Shown: positions 1 to 10,760, counted from the first letter of the whole stretch. The stretch: DNA of 63,503 nt, filler included, from Pirum gemmata (GCA_002812295.1; 18 parts of 18 records of this genome joined end to end with filler, not necessarily neighbours in it); one strand, 5' to 3'. Notes: generated by a model from the letters alone, not told the origin. Program-made: numbers and translations.

Positions 1-612
1 GGGGCAGATACTGTTATGTATAAGTTGCGTCCACCATATAGCACCAAAATGTTCCAAACTACTATTTAGAGCAAGTTTCCTATCTTTAAGTGTTTTTATT
101 GGTCTGATTTCCTTCATTTGGTTTTTAAATAACCAATAATATTTATTTTATTTTTAGAAAATTAAAGCTGCTTTATTTGGGTTGTTCTATCGTGGATACT
201 TAGACTAGCTGCAAACAATTATCAAAAAACGTCCAACTTTGGTTTCACTATGATATAAAAAAAAAAAAATTGTAATTTTCTTTTTCACTCAAATTCACTT
301 CAAAAGTTCAAACTTCAAAGCTTCATTCAAACTTCAAAATTTAATTAATTCACTTCAAAGTTCAAATCAGCTGCTTCAAAATCAGTTCAAAATTCAAATT
401 CCCAGAAATTTCGATGAAATTTCACTGAAATTTCCTTTTAGAAAAGAAATTCCACTGAAATTCCCCTGAAATTCCTTATCATTATTGCTAGCTAGATATT
501 ACATTGATAATACTTAGAGCAATCTTAGAGCTATACTTAGCTGCTTCTACTATTTCTACTATCATAATATAAGTATTTAAAATTTTTATTTTTTAAACCT
601 GGTAGTCTAGCT

Positions 613-693
613 AATAGGGTTAGGGTTCTCAATAAGTTAGGGTTAGACTGTTAAGTTAGGGCTTTAGGGTTAGGGTTAGGGTTAGGGTTAGGG
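613..693 (+). repeat. Interstitial telomere-like (TTAGGG)n array
   Basis: Degenerate-to-perfect TTAGGG repeats inside a scaffold. Others at about 1696-1832, 16128-16282, 16383-16410 (CCCTAA), 17387-17500 (CCCTAA), 17619-18045, 18444-18620, 19195-19332, 19597-19650, 22190-22379, 26051-26162, 30867-30895, 47054-47094, 47809-47910 and 52303-52335. Confidence 0.9.
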
Positions 694-922
694 TAATATA
701 ATCCATTTAATTTAATTTGATATATTTTATTATCTATGTAGTGATATAAAAATATCAATTTAAATACTATAACCCTCCAAATAAATATTCAGAGTGACAA
801 AATAAATGAAAAGTACAATATATTAAAATATTAGTCGAGTAATAGTCGATATAGCTAGCTAGACTAGTCTATCATATTCTATCCTAGTCTTTTTTCTAAA
901 GACAACTATGATACGATCAATA

Positions 923-1152
923 TAGGAGGGGTGAGAACGCGAAATTTTTTGACCGAGGCACAAAGTAAATGTTGTTCGCCTGTTTCGCCTTACCATATTT
1001 AGTATTTGTAATTATTTATTTAGTAACTACCTATTTAAGTAGTTACGTTAAAAAGAGTTTATTATACTATTTATAGTAACTTTAGGCAAATTTCTGGAAG
1101 TTCGCCGGTCCGAGCATCCAATTGGTAAGATGACGTCATCCCATCCCTCCTA
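923..1152. mobile_element. MITE, relative of family A (TA-GGAGGG termini)
   Basis: TAGGAGGGGTGAGA ... TCCCATCCCTCCTA inverted termini; the subterminal ATGACGTCATC is shared with family A. Confidence 0.65.
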
Positions 1153-1883
1153 TCAATATGCTCATAGCTAGCTCCAGCTAGAGCTAGTAGCTATCACTAG
1201 TCTACCACAACTAGTCTACTTAGACTCTATCATACTACCACAGTACTATCATACTACCACAGTCTAACTAGCTAGTAGCTATGATAGTAGTCTAGCTAGA
1301 GCTTAGCACTATCAACCATGCATCAATCTGCACTATCGATACACAGTGAATGGTCAGTACCTCAGTGGTCAGCACAATATGTGCGCACAAAGAGTGAACA
1401 AAGCTATCATACTGTGATTCATACACACGGTAACACACCTAGAAAGCTACACAAAAGTTGTCACAAACTCAAATTACATCCAAATTACCATCTATAGATT
1501 ATCTATAGACAGTCTCCATCAAATACCCCCTACAGAGCCTACAGATCAAACAGCTTTTTTTTTTAAAAAAAAATATTCCTACTCTGTATCAAATTATCAA
1601 TAATACCAATCAAGCCGCCACCACGCACTATGCCCACACGATTGCAACCAATCAATTTTATTTTTTTATTATTTTTTTATTTTTTATTTTTTTTTGGGTT
1701 TAGGGTTAGGGTTAGGGCTTAACAATAGGGTTAGGGTTAGGGTTGGGTAGTTGGGTTAGGGTTAGGGTTACTGGGTTAGGGTACTGTTAGGGTTATAATT
1801 AGGGTTAGGGTTAGGGTTAGGGTTAGGGTGGGTATCATAGGAAATTGAGTCGCCCTTGGTGGCAGCCTGTGGTGGCAGCCTTC

Positions 1884-2018
1884 TATGGTGCAAACAATTA
1901 AAAAACGCCCAACTTTGGGATCTCACTAGAATTTTTAATTTTCGAAGATAAGTAATATGATAGATTTGAAAGTTTCAACTTTCAAGCATAAAGAAATCAT
2001 AGTAAAAAAAAGTAGGAT
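1884..2018. mobile_element. MITE family F, partial copy
   Basis: Begins TATGGTGCAAACAATTAAAAAACG, as does the complete copy at 57178-57358. A reverse partial copy lies at about 26530-26683. Confidence 0.6.
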
Positions 2019-2924
2019 AGCTAGGTGGCAGTCTTTTAAATAGACTCTTAGTGGCAGTCTCTACTAGCTAGCTCTAGTTAGCTAGCTAGTTGTAGTATCA
2101 TAATATTATAAGTTGCTTATAAGTTGTGTATAATTATTTTGGTTTTTTCAAGAAAAAACAAAAAACAAAAACAAAAACAAAAAAAGACATGTACACATTG
2201 TTGTGATCAAATATTATTATTAGTATCATTATCATTATCATTATTAGTATCCTTAATATCAATATCAATAGTATCATTATTATTATCATTATCGTTATCA
2301 TTATCATTAATTACCATTATCATTATCATTATCATTATAATATATATAAAAAAAATCATTATATTAATATAATATTATCATAATCATTATCATTATCGTT
2401 ATCGTTATCGTTATCCTTATATTTATCCTTATATCATTATTAGTATCATTATCATTATCGCTATTATTATTATTATTATTAATATTATCATTTTTAATAA
2501 ATTAGTATTAATATCATTATAATTAATATTAGTACTATCATTTATTATTATTATTATCAGTATTAATATCATTATCGATATCATTATCCTATTTAAAATA
2601 TAATAGCTATTATTATTATATAAATGTAATAATATTATGATCGATATTGGTGCACGTGATAAAAAATTGGTTAAAAAAATTTTAATGGTAAAAAATATAT
2701 TATAATAATTGTATCTATAATCAAAAAAAGTAAAAGATAAAAAACATAAGTATATTATAATGGTATTAATTGTTATTGTTATTGTTATTGTTATTAATTG
2801 TTATTATTATTATTTCATGTTATTATTATTAATTACTATTAATATAATAATAATAATTACTATTAAACTACTACTACGTACTATTATTATTATTATTATT
2901 ATCATTGTTATTATTGGGTGGGGG

Positions 2925-3024
2925 NNNNNNNNNNNNNNNNNNNNNNNNNNNNNNNNNNNNNNNNNNNNTTAATTAATTAANNNNNNNNNNNNNNNNNNNN
3001 NNNNNNNNNNNNNNNNNNNNNNNN
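2925..3024. other. Artificial scaffold-joining spacer (44 N + TTAATTAATTAA + 44 N); 17 copies in window
   Basis: Identical 100-nt spacer with six-frame stops at 2925, 5987, 9049, 12079, 16897, 19942, 23002, 30221, 33281, 36311, 39370, 43145, 46157, 49186, 52203, 55228 and 59240. Most intervening pieces are 2912-2962 nt, consistent with concatenated small scaffolds. Confidence 0.97.
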
Positions 3025-3087
3025 CTAAAAATTAATGACCAATTTAAAAAACTAAGAGACTTCATAAGGGTTGTTGTTTTTTGTTCA

Positions 3088-3142
<55 letters not shown>

Positions 3143-3398
3143 TAAAAAAAAAAAATAAAAAATAAAATAGTAATAACAATAAAATGAAAATAATAATAAT
3201 AATAATAATAAGTAATAATAATAATAATAAGTAAATAATAATAAATAAAAACTAATGGTCTGTTAAAACATTATTCTAAAATTAAAAAGTAATAATATGG
3301 GTGTATATATAACATACGAAAAACAAATTAAAATCAGAATAAATAAAGCTAAAAATAAAAATAAAAATAACATTACAACGAAATCAATAAAATTCAAA

Positions 3399-4529
3399 AT
3401 GAGTCTCCAACCAACCCAAACCGAAAGAAAAACTAGTGTTGGATCAACTAATTCTTACAATGATAATAACAATAACAATAACAATTTTACTGATAACGAA
3501 AGTTTTCAATCTTTTTCGAGCAAAAAAAATTTAAACAAGGGAGAAAAAGAAACTGATTCAAAAACACTTTTGGCCAAAGAAGCAGAAAGTTTTAGTGTAT
3601 CGCAATTACAAACTTCTGGATTATTAGCCGTAGCTTCGGTCTTTCTTTTAGTAGAAGGTAGTACTAGAATTACTTTACAAACAACCAACGTCATCAATAA
3701 TGGTGCTGATGGGCCTGATGGACCCCACGTTATGCCTCCGGCCATTTTACTATCTGCGAGTGTTGCAGAAGTGGTTTTCGGGTTTGCAGGTTTTTTTGTG
3801 GGTATGAGCATTTTATTATTCGGAAAAGGGCATCGTCATATTACATTGCTAGCTTTGGTGATTGAGCAATTGGGTTGGTGGACGTTTGTTGTTTTTACTT
3901 TAGCGCATCGTATTGTTACCTACACCGGTACTTTACCTGGTTTAAATAAAGGAGAGAGTAATTTTGCCATTGCGTGTAATGTGTTTGGGTCTGTGTGCTA
4001 TTGTGCATCTCTACAAGGAACCCAATGGTTTTTAACCTTCAAATTATGGCGTAGTCAAAAGGGAGATAGCCTACTTTGCGCAGATTTTTATCGTTATTGT
4101 GGTATTTTCGCGACCAGTATTACCATGTTATGTGCTTTGGGGCAATGGTGGGTGGGAGCGTTAGTGTTAGCTTCTGTTGGAAATGGACGCTTACAACAAC
4201 CCATTGCGTTGCCATTTATCACCGTTTATCCCGAACTTAATGTATTCGTTGGATTATGTATGACGGTATGGGCTTTTTATGCATATTATGGTTTTATTAC
4301 TTTTAGAGAAAATGAACAAAATGATGGCTCTACCAAATTACCTTTTAATGCTTTATGGTTTTTCACATTTGTTTGTTGGATTGTACAAATTTGCTGCATG
4401 GGTTGGGTGCAAAATTCTTATATTAATCTATCGTGGTTAACTGCCACTTTGACTGGAAACACTTTTTTAATTTGTTTCTTACCGGCGTATTGTGATGGGA
4501 AAATGAGAACAGCGTTCAGTGAGAAATAA
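3399..4529 (+). CDS. Hypothetical multi-pass membrane protein (about 8 TM helices, 376 aa), intronless
   Basis: Long ORF, GC-richer than its flanks. The ATG at 3399 (AAAATG context) is a likelier start than 3297, which lies in A-rich UTR-like sequence. Hydrophilic N-tail followed by about 8 hydrophobic segments; no family recognised. Confidence 0.8.
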   Translation: MSLQPTQTERKTSVGSTNSYNDNNNNNNNFTDNESFQSFSSKKNLNKGEKETDSKTLLAKEAESFSVSQLQTSGLLAVASVFLLVEGSTRITLQTTNVINNGADGPDGPHVMPPAILLSASVAEVVFGFAGFFVGMSILLFGKGHRHITLLALVIEQLGWWTFVVFTLAHRIVTYTGTLPGLNKGESNFAIACNVFGSVCYCASLQGTQWFLTFKLWRSQKGDSLLCADFYRYCGIFATSITMLCALGQWWVGALVLASVGNGRLQQPIALPFITVYPELNVFVGLCMTVWAFYAYYGFITFRENEQNDGSTKLPFNALWFFTFVCWIVQICCMGWVQNSYINLSWLTATLTGNTFLICFLPAYCDGKMRTAFSEK

Positions 4530-6149
4530 TGTGTATAACAAAATTAAATTAGGAAAATGAAAAGAAAAATAATTTAAATAACAATTATTAATTAATTAAA
4601 ATGAAGTTTAAAATTAAAATAAATAAAATAAATAAAAATAAACTTGAATTTTCAATATAATATTAATATTATTTTTAAAACTGTTATTTCTTAACTTATA
4701 TATTATTTCTTAACTTATATATTATATTAATTGACTAAATAGTAAACACTCTTTTTTAAAAATATCGTGAGCACATGTACAATTAATCCCAACCACTACC
4801 CAAAACCATAACCACTACCACTACCACAACCACAACCACAACCACAACCAACAACCACAACCACAACCACCAACCACAACCACCAACCACCAACCACAAC
4901 CACAACCACAATCACAACTACAACCACAACCACAACCACAACCACAACCACAACCACAACCACGCCGCTACAACAAACAACAAGCAACAACCCGAACAAC
5001 TACATCACAACACAATGTATGCTATATTATATTAATTACATCACTGTCATGTTATCCTAAACAACCACAACCACAGCCACGCCGCTGCCACACAACAACA
5101 ACAACAACAGCAACACCACCAACAACAACAACAACAATAATAATAATAATAAGGGGTCCTAGAAAAAAAAAAGCAGTATTTACAGTGTAATATTTATAGC
5201 GCTATATAATACCTAACTATATTATTTATAATAAAATCTACGCCTTAGTAAAAACTTCGAGCTAGACTAGTCTACTGTTATTTTTTTTATAGACTGAGCT
5301 CCAAAATCCAAAATCTCAAAATGGTCCAATTTTATTTAAAGTACTACCAAATTATTTTTAATATTATAACTAAAAAAACTCTATTAAGAACCAATGGCTA
5401 GTTTTAAAATTTTATTTGGCTAGTTAGCATTTTTTAAAAAGGTTTTTAGAGTTCTTTTCAGTTGATTTGTCAGATTTGTCATTATAATATAAAATAAAAA
5501 GTATCAAATTAATACAACATAAATCCATTTTATTTTATTTGGTATATTTTAGTAAGTATTAATTCATTTAAAAATGTCCATTTAAAATATTATAACTAGC
5601 CAAATAAATATTCAGAGTGAGAAAATAAAATAGTAGTCTATTTTTTTTTGTAAAACCTCTGTGTAAAACCTCGGTATAAAACCTCTAGCTAGGAGAAAAC
5701 CTTATTTTTGTCAATCTGAATATTTATTTGGAGGGTTATAATATTAAAATTGACATTTTTAAACAAATACATATATAATAAAGTATACCAAATTAAATTA
5801 AATGGATGTATATTGTATTAATTTGGTATTATTTGACTGTATATAGCTACTATGATAGCAGTAGCAAGACAAGGCTAGTTAGGTTTTACAAATAGACTAA
5901 ATAAAAAATAAAATAAAATAAATGTATATAATATTATATTATTATTAAAATTATTAATTGTATTTTTTTTTTATTATTATTATTATNNNNNNNNNNNNNN
6001 NNNNNNNNNNNNNNNNNNNNNNNNNNNNNNTTAATTAATTAANNNNNNNNNNNNNNNNNNNNNNNNNNNNNNNNNNNNNNNNNNNNAATTATAATTATTA
6101 TTGTTTCAGTATATTATAAAATTTATATTAATATATTACTCAATTTATC

Positions 6150-8156
6150 ATGAAGTTTTCCACTTTAGCGGTGTTGTTTGCTGCTTCTTCACATGCTGCC
6201 ACAATTGAAGGTGACAAATCAAGAAACGGTATTATCGGAACTGATGAAAATGACCAAATAAAAGGCTTAAAAGGTAACGATGTTATCGGAGCTGGAGCAG
6301 GTGATGATAAAGTAAAAGGAGGGAAAGGTAATGATAAACTTTTTGGGCAAAATGGCAATGACGTACTTCTCGGTGGAAAAGGTGAAGATCATATTTTTGG
6401 GGGGGATGGAAATGATACAATTAGAGGAGGTAAAGGTGACGATCTTTTAATCGGAGGTCGTGGAGATGATTTTGTCTTTGGTGGCCAGGGTAGTGATATT
6501 TTGCGGGGTGGGAGTGGGAATGATCTTTACGTTTTCAGAAAAGGAGATGGCCACGATCGAATTCAGGGCTTTCAACACGGTGAAGCAAGTGTTTTTCAGG
6601 ACCGAATTAAGATTAAGAACTATTCTAAATCCGATGCTAAAATTGTGTGGGAAAGAAAGCGCGAAGTTTGCAAGAGCGAATTCGAATTATCTGGTGGAGA
6701 ATCTTTAAAAGTCTTTTCAACTCATGGATGTGTCACTGAAGCAAACATGGAATTTGACGATGTCTGTGAAGCTGTTAATATTGGAATAAATAAAAAATGT
6801 GCTATCGGTAAGAACATTAACATTGAAGGTATTTGCGAAAAAACAGCTGAAAAGTATGAAATACAATGTCAAAAGCAATGTGAAAGATGGTTGTTTGGTT
6901 CTGTGGATGAAGCGGAAAAGTTGTGTACTTCGATTCCTGAATGCAAAGGCTTTAACTTTGTAAAAACTGGTATTCACTCCTTTGGATTTGGTGGTTATAA
7001 AAATACTACTAAATTTAATGAAAATTTTGGCACGGCGTATTTTCGCACAACCATAGACGATATTGGCGATTATCAAGATAGGGATTGCTATGAAATTCAA
7101 TGCAACACGAAACGTCTTCGTCGCGATATAAACGCATTCGTTGGTACTGATGGTAATGATAGTAAATCCAACGGCAATGGAAACGACATAGCGTCCGGTC
7201 AAGAAGGGGATGATTTTATCAATGGTAATCGAGGTAATGATATAATTTTCGGAGATTCGGGTAATGATATTTTGCGTGGTGGAAAAGATGACGATAAACT
7301 TTTTGCTGGGAGCGGCGAAGATATTATTTATGGTGATAAGGGAAATGACGTCATGGTTTCTGGTCCAGGAAATGATACTTTTGTAATTCGAGTTGGGGAT
7401 GGCAATGACATCATACGCAATTTTCAACATGGCACTCATGGTAAATTCAATGATAAGATTATTATGGAAGGTCGTATATCTGCGGATGTAATTCCGGGAC
7501 CAACCTTTGTTACTGAAATATGTAAAATTAAAATCGAATTAGCCGGTCCAGATTCCGGTGATTCTTTAATTGTTACCTCTAGGTATGGTTGTCCAAAGTT
7601 GGACGACATATTTTTTGTTCCTGAAAAAATAGATGAGGATGGTATTACTACAAAACGAATAAGCACAACTACGCATGCTTACTCAACATCAGTGGTAACA
7701 TCTTCTACTACTTCCCAAAGTGCTTCTACTTCCCAAAGTGCTTCTACTACTTCATCTGCCGCCCCAACTTCCCAAATTGCTTCTATTTCCCAAAGTGCTT
7801 CTATTTCCCAAAGTGCTTCTATTTCCCAAAGTGCTTCTATTTCCCAAAGTGCTTCTATTTCCCAATCTGCCGCCGCAACTGATGATAATGATAGTGCGCC
7901 TGCAGCCGCGGCAGTCCAATCTGGTGACAATAGTGATTCAAGTCTCAATAACATACCAATTATTGCTGGTGCAGCAGTTGGTGCGGTAGCGTTGGTTGCT
8001 TGTGCTGGGGCTATTACTTACTTCGTGAAGTCAAAACCAGAACAAAAAGGAATTGACCACTTCATGAATGAACCTAACCTTACTGAAAATGTAAACAGTC
8101 AATTTGAAAACCCTACCACAACAACCAGTAATCCACTTTTTAATGTTGAGCTTTAA
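6150..8156 (+). CDS. Type I membrane protein with two RTX/hemolysin-type Ca2+-binding repeat blocks, Cys-rich linker, Ser/Thr stalk, TM helix and NPxF tail
   Basis: Signal peptide MKFSTLAVLFAASSHA. About 12 GGxGxDxUx-type nonapeptides (nt ~6210-6575) and about 9-10 more (nt ~7143-7424). KRLRR at 7110-7124. TM IIAGAAVGAVALVACAGAITYFV; terminal NPLF. Intronless 668-aa ORF. Confidence 0.92.
   Translation: MKFSTLAVLFAASSHAATIEGDKSRNGIIGTDENDQIKGLKGNDVIGAGAGDDKVKGGKGNDKLFGQNGNDVLLGGKGEDHIFGGDGNDTIRGGKGDDLLIGGRGDDFVFGGQGSDILRGGSGNDLYVFRKGDGHDRIQGFQHGEASVFQDRIKIKNYSKSDAKIVWERKREVCKSEFELSGGESLKVFSTHGCVTEANMEFDDVCEAVNIGINKKCAIGKNINIEGICEKTAEKYEIQCQKQCERWLFGSVDEAEKLCTSIPECKGFNFVKTGIHSFGFGGYKNTTKFNENFGTAYFRTTIDDIGDYQDRDCYEIQCNTKRLRRDINAFVGTDGNDSKSNGNGNDIASGQEGDDFINGNRGNDIIFGDSGNDILRGGKDDDKLFAGSGEDIIYGDKGNDVMVSGPGNDTFVIRVGDGNDIIRNFQHGTHGKFNDKIIMEGRISADVIPGPTFVTEICKIKIELAGPDSGDSLIVTSRYGCPKLDDIFFVPEKIDEDGITTKRISTTTHAYSTSVVTSSTTSQSASTSQSASTTSSAAPTSQIASISQSASISQSASISQSASISQSASISQSAAATDDNDSAPAAAAVQSGDNSDSSLNNIPIIAGAAVGAVALVACAGAITYFVKSKPEQKGIDHFMNEPNLTENVNSQFENPTTTTSNPLFNVEL
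7707..7866 (+). repeat. Coding 18-bp tandem repeat (ISQSAS/TSQSAS), mucin-like stalk
   Basis: TTTCCCAAAGTGCTTCTA units in frame within the RTX gene; they explain the shadow ORFs 7679..7954 and 7720..7989. Confidence 0.9.
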
Positions 8157-8840
8157 AATCTTATTATTATTATTATATTATTATCATTATTATTAATAAA
8201 AAAATAAAAATAAAAATATATAGTATTTATAGCGAGGTTTATTGATATTAATTGTAAACTAACTTTTAGGGTGGGAGTGTGGGTGAGATTGAAAGTATGG
8301 GTGAGAGTGAAAGCGTGGGCGTGGTTGTGAGTGTGGGTGGGTAAAGGAGAGTGAAAGTGTGGATGGGTGAAGGAGAGTGAAAGTGTGGGTGAGAGTGAAA
8401 GTATGGGTGTGGGTGTGGTTGGGTGAAGGAGAGTGAAAGAATGGGTATGGGTGTGAATGTGGGCGTGAATGTGGGTCTGGGTCTGGGTCTGGGTCTGGGT
8501 CTGGGTCTGGGTCTGGGTCTGGGTCTGGGTCTGGGTCTGGGTCTGGGNNNNNNNNNNNNNNNNNNNNNNNNNNNNNNNNNNNNNNNNNNNNNNNNNNNNN
8601 NNNNNNNNNNNNNNNNNNNNNNNNNNNTATTAATATTATTAATATTATTATCATTTTGGGTGTATCAATCCCAGAAAAAGAAAAAGGAAAGAAACACAAA
8701 ATCCAAACTATTTTTATAGGTTACAAAAATAAAAATAAAAATCCGAACTATTTTTATAGGTTACAAAAATAAAAATGAAAATAAAAATGTTTTTATTTTT
8801 TTTTAAATTTTTTATTTCTAAAATAGTCGAATAATTACTT

Positions 8841-9048
8841 TTAATAATCAATAAAAAGTTGCTGGTAATCTTCGTTACTTAACAACTTTCCAATATCTTC
8901 ACTATCCAGGTACTCATTGATACATTTATTGTCAAAAGCACCTTTCTTAGTACACGAATTATCTCTTCCCTCATTGTTGTTATTATCATTAATATTAAAA
9001 CCATTATAACTAGCAATATTTATGTAAGTATTATTATTATTATTATTA
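8841..9048 (-). CDS. 3' end fragment of an Asn-rich hypothetical protein (truncated by scaffold edge)
   Basis: Open minus frame from the scaffold edge: ...NNNEGRDNSCTKKGAFDNKCINEYLDSEDIGKLLSNEDYQQLFIDY, ending at TAA 8843-8841. Confidence 0.5.
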
Positions 9049-9210
9049 NNNNNNNNNNNNNNNNNNNNNNNNNNNNNNNNNNNNNNNNNNNNTTAATTAA
9101 TTAANNNNNNNNNNNNNNNNNNNNNNNNNNNNNNNNNNNNNNNNNNNNTGAGAAACGGGGTTTCAAGAATTTCCCAATTATTCTAGTGTTGATTTTGGCC
9201 CGACCTTTAA

Positions 9211-9245
<35 letters not shown>

Positions 9246-9959
9246 TTATATCTTTAGATCTCTTTAGATCTCTTGTAACCATTAAATAGCTGTACTCATT
9301 AAATGCATTAATACAGCTATTAATACCATAATCTAGCTAGCTATAGCTAAGTAGATAATGCTAGTAGACTGCTAGTACTTTCATAGTAGCTATTGATTGG
9401 TAGTGTTATTTAATAGTGTGTTATTATAGTGTTATTATTATGATATAAAATTTGAAGAATACTTGAGGTTCTTTTAAATTTTGTTTGAAATCTTTGAAAT
9501 CCCTGTTTCTTAGTAATTTTTGAAAGAATTTCTTCATTATTCGAATACATTTCAGATGGGCCGGGAATATTATCACTCTAGTATTAATAATTATAATTTT
9601 GAAAGAATTATTTCATTATGCGAATGCATTTCAGATGGGAATATTACCACTAGTTTTGCTAACATATGCATTATTAATTGGTAGAGTTAAGTATATATAA
9701 TATTGTATATTACACACCAGAATCTGTGACATTGTTGTTAGCATAATCAATATTCAAATCCGTTACAGGTGAAATATTATCACAGCTAGTATTAAGCTTA
9801 AGATTGTTACATTATTATTATATATTAACATTGTCTTGGTTATAACTACTTATAACTTGGGTAGAATCAATGTTACTGTCGTTATTATTTATTAGCGATC
9901 ACTTTGAATTTGAAGTATAAGAGCAGTATCTCCATAATTATTAATTGTTTTTATTAACG

Positions 9960-10760
9960 AATTCCAAAAGAGTCATTCCACCTAATTTATTAACATTCCT
10001 TCAGTATTCCTTCCTTTTCACATCGAATCTTCACCTTCGCATTCTCTTTACGTTCACGATAAGTGCATATATTTATAATTATATACAAACCCAGTTACCC
10101 CTACCAAAATTATAGCAACACCTGAGACTGGGGACTTCGCCAATAATAATTTTAGTGGTATTATCGATATCTGAACCAGACTGCAGACATACGCCAGTTT
10201 CATCCTTGTAAATTGGAGACGTTGCCGTTTCCTTCGCATTATAAAGCTTGTTTTTCTTTGTAATATAATATTCTGTACACATATAAATTATATTCACCGG
10301 GGTACCAGATACTGAATTGTATTCAAAGTATCTTGCGTTAACACCTGTACTCAAACGCTAAATTATGACACAGTTTAATTTCTATTTGTAACATTAATTA
10401 AATCGTGATTCTTTTTATCTTCAGGTCAATTAAAATATTCTTTTTGTGCATCATGCTTGCATTCTTTGGCACCGGTTACATTATTAAATTTAAACCGGTA
10501 ATATTGTTGTGGTAATCTATGAACATTCAGTTTGTGCATCATGAAATACACCCTTAATATTACCCACACCCATTTCAGCTTCGTTAAAATAAAAATAGAA
10601 GTACTTTTCACTGTATCTTTTTTTTCTATCGTTACATAGCCTTGTTTTTTCGTAAGATTGATGAAATTCTTTAGAAGACTAGTGCAATTACGATTTTTAA
10701 AATAAAATATCCATCCTTTAATTAACTATATGCATTGTACTCTGGATATCGATCTAATCT
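9960..10760 (-). pseudogene. Heavily decayed coding relic with CCHC zinc-knuckle-like remnants (possible retroelement gag/ORF1)
   Basis: The minus strand gives stop- and frameshift-riddled pieces resembling knuckles: CNRC....H near 10480, CYK.K near 10390 and RCCYN.GRG near 10110. Confidence 0.35.

Noticed and set aside
2969..2980. Regularly spaced TTAATTAATTAA as a biological repeat or CRISPR-like array
   Set aside because: It is always centred in 44+44 N, so it is an assembly linker.
2124..3179. Short ORFs rich in I/L/F/V (also 4796, 8259-8719, 13191-13596, 16082-16313, 16624-17271, 17617, 18354, 25861-26178, 40065-40446, 46259-46663, 49663-49900, 59022, 62167)
   Set aside because: These are translations of microsatellites, TTAGGG arrays or N gaps.
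3297..3398. Upstream ATG extension of the 410-aa ORF
   Set aside because: A-rich UTR-like sequence encoding a K/N run; the ATG at 3399 fits better.
6140..7989. Antisense and alternate-frame ORFs overlapping the RTX gene (also 3506..3811 and 53767..53955)
   Set aside because: Shadow ORFs of real CDSs and of the 18-bp repeat.
6150..8156. RTX gene as bacterial contamination or a T1SS toxin locus
   Set aside because: It has a Sec signal, TM anchor and NPxF tail with host-like AT-rich flanks, and no T1SS or acyltransferase genes are on the scaffold. A coverage check is still needed.
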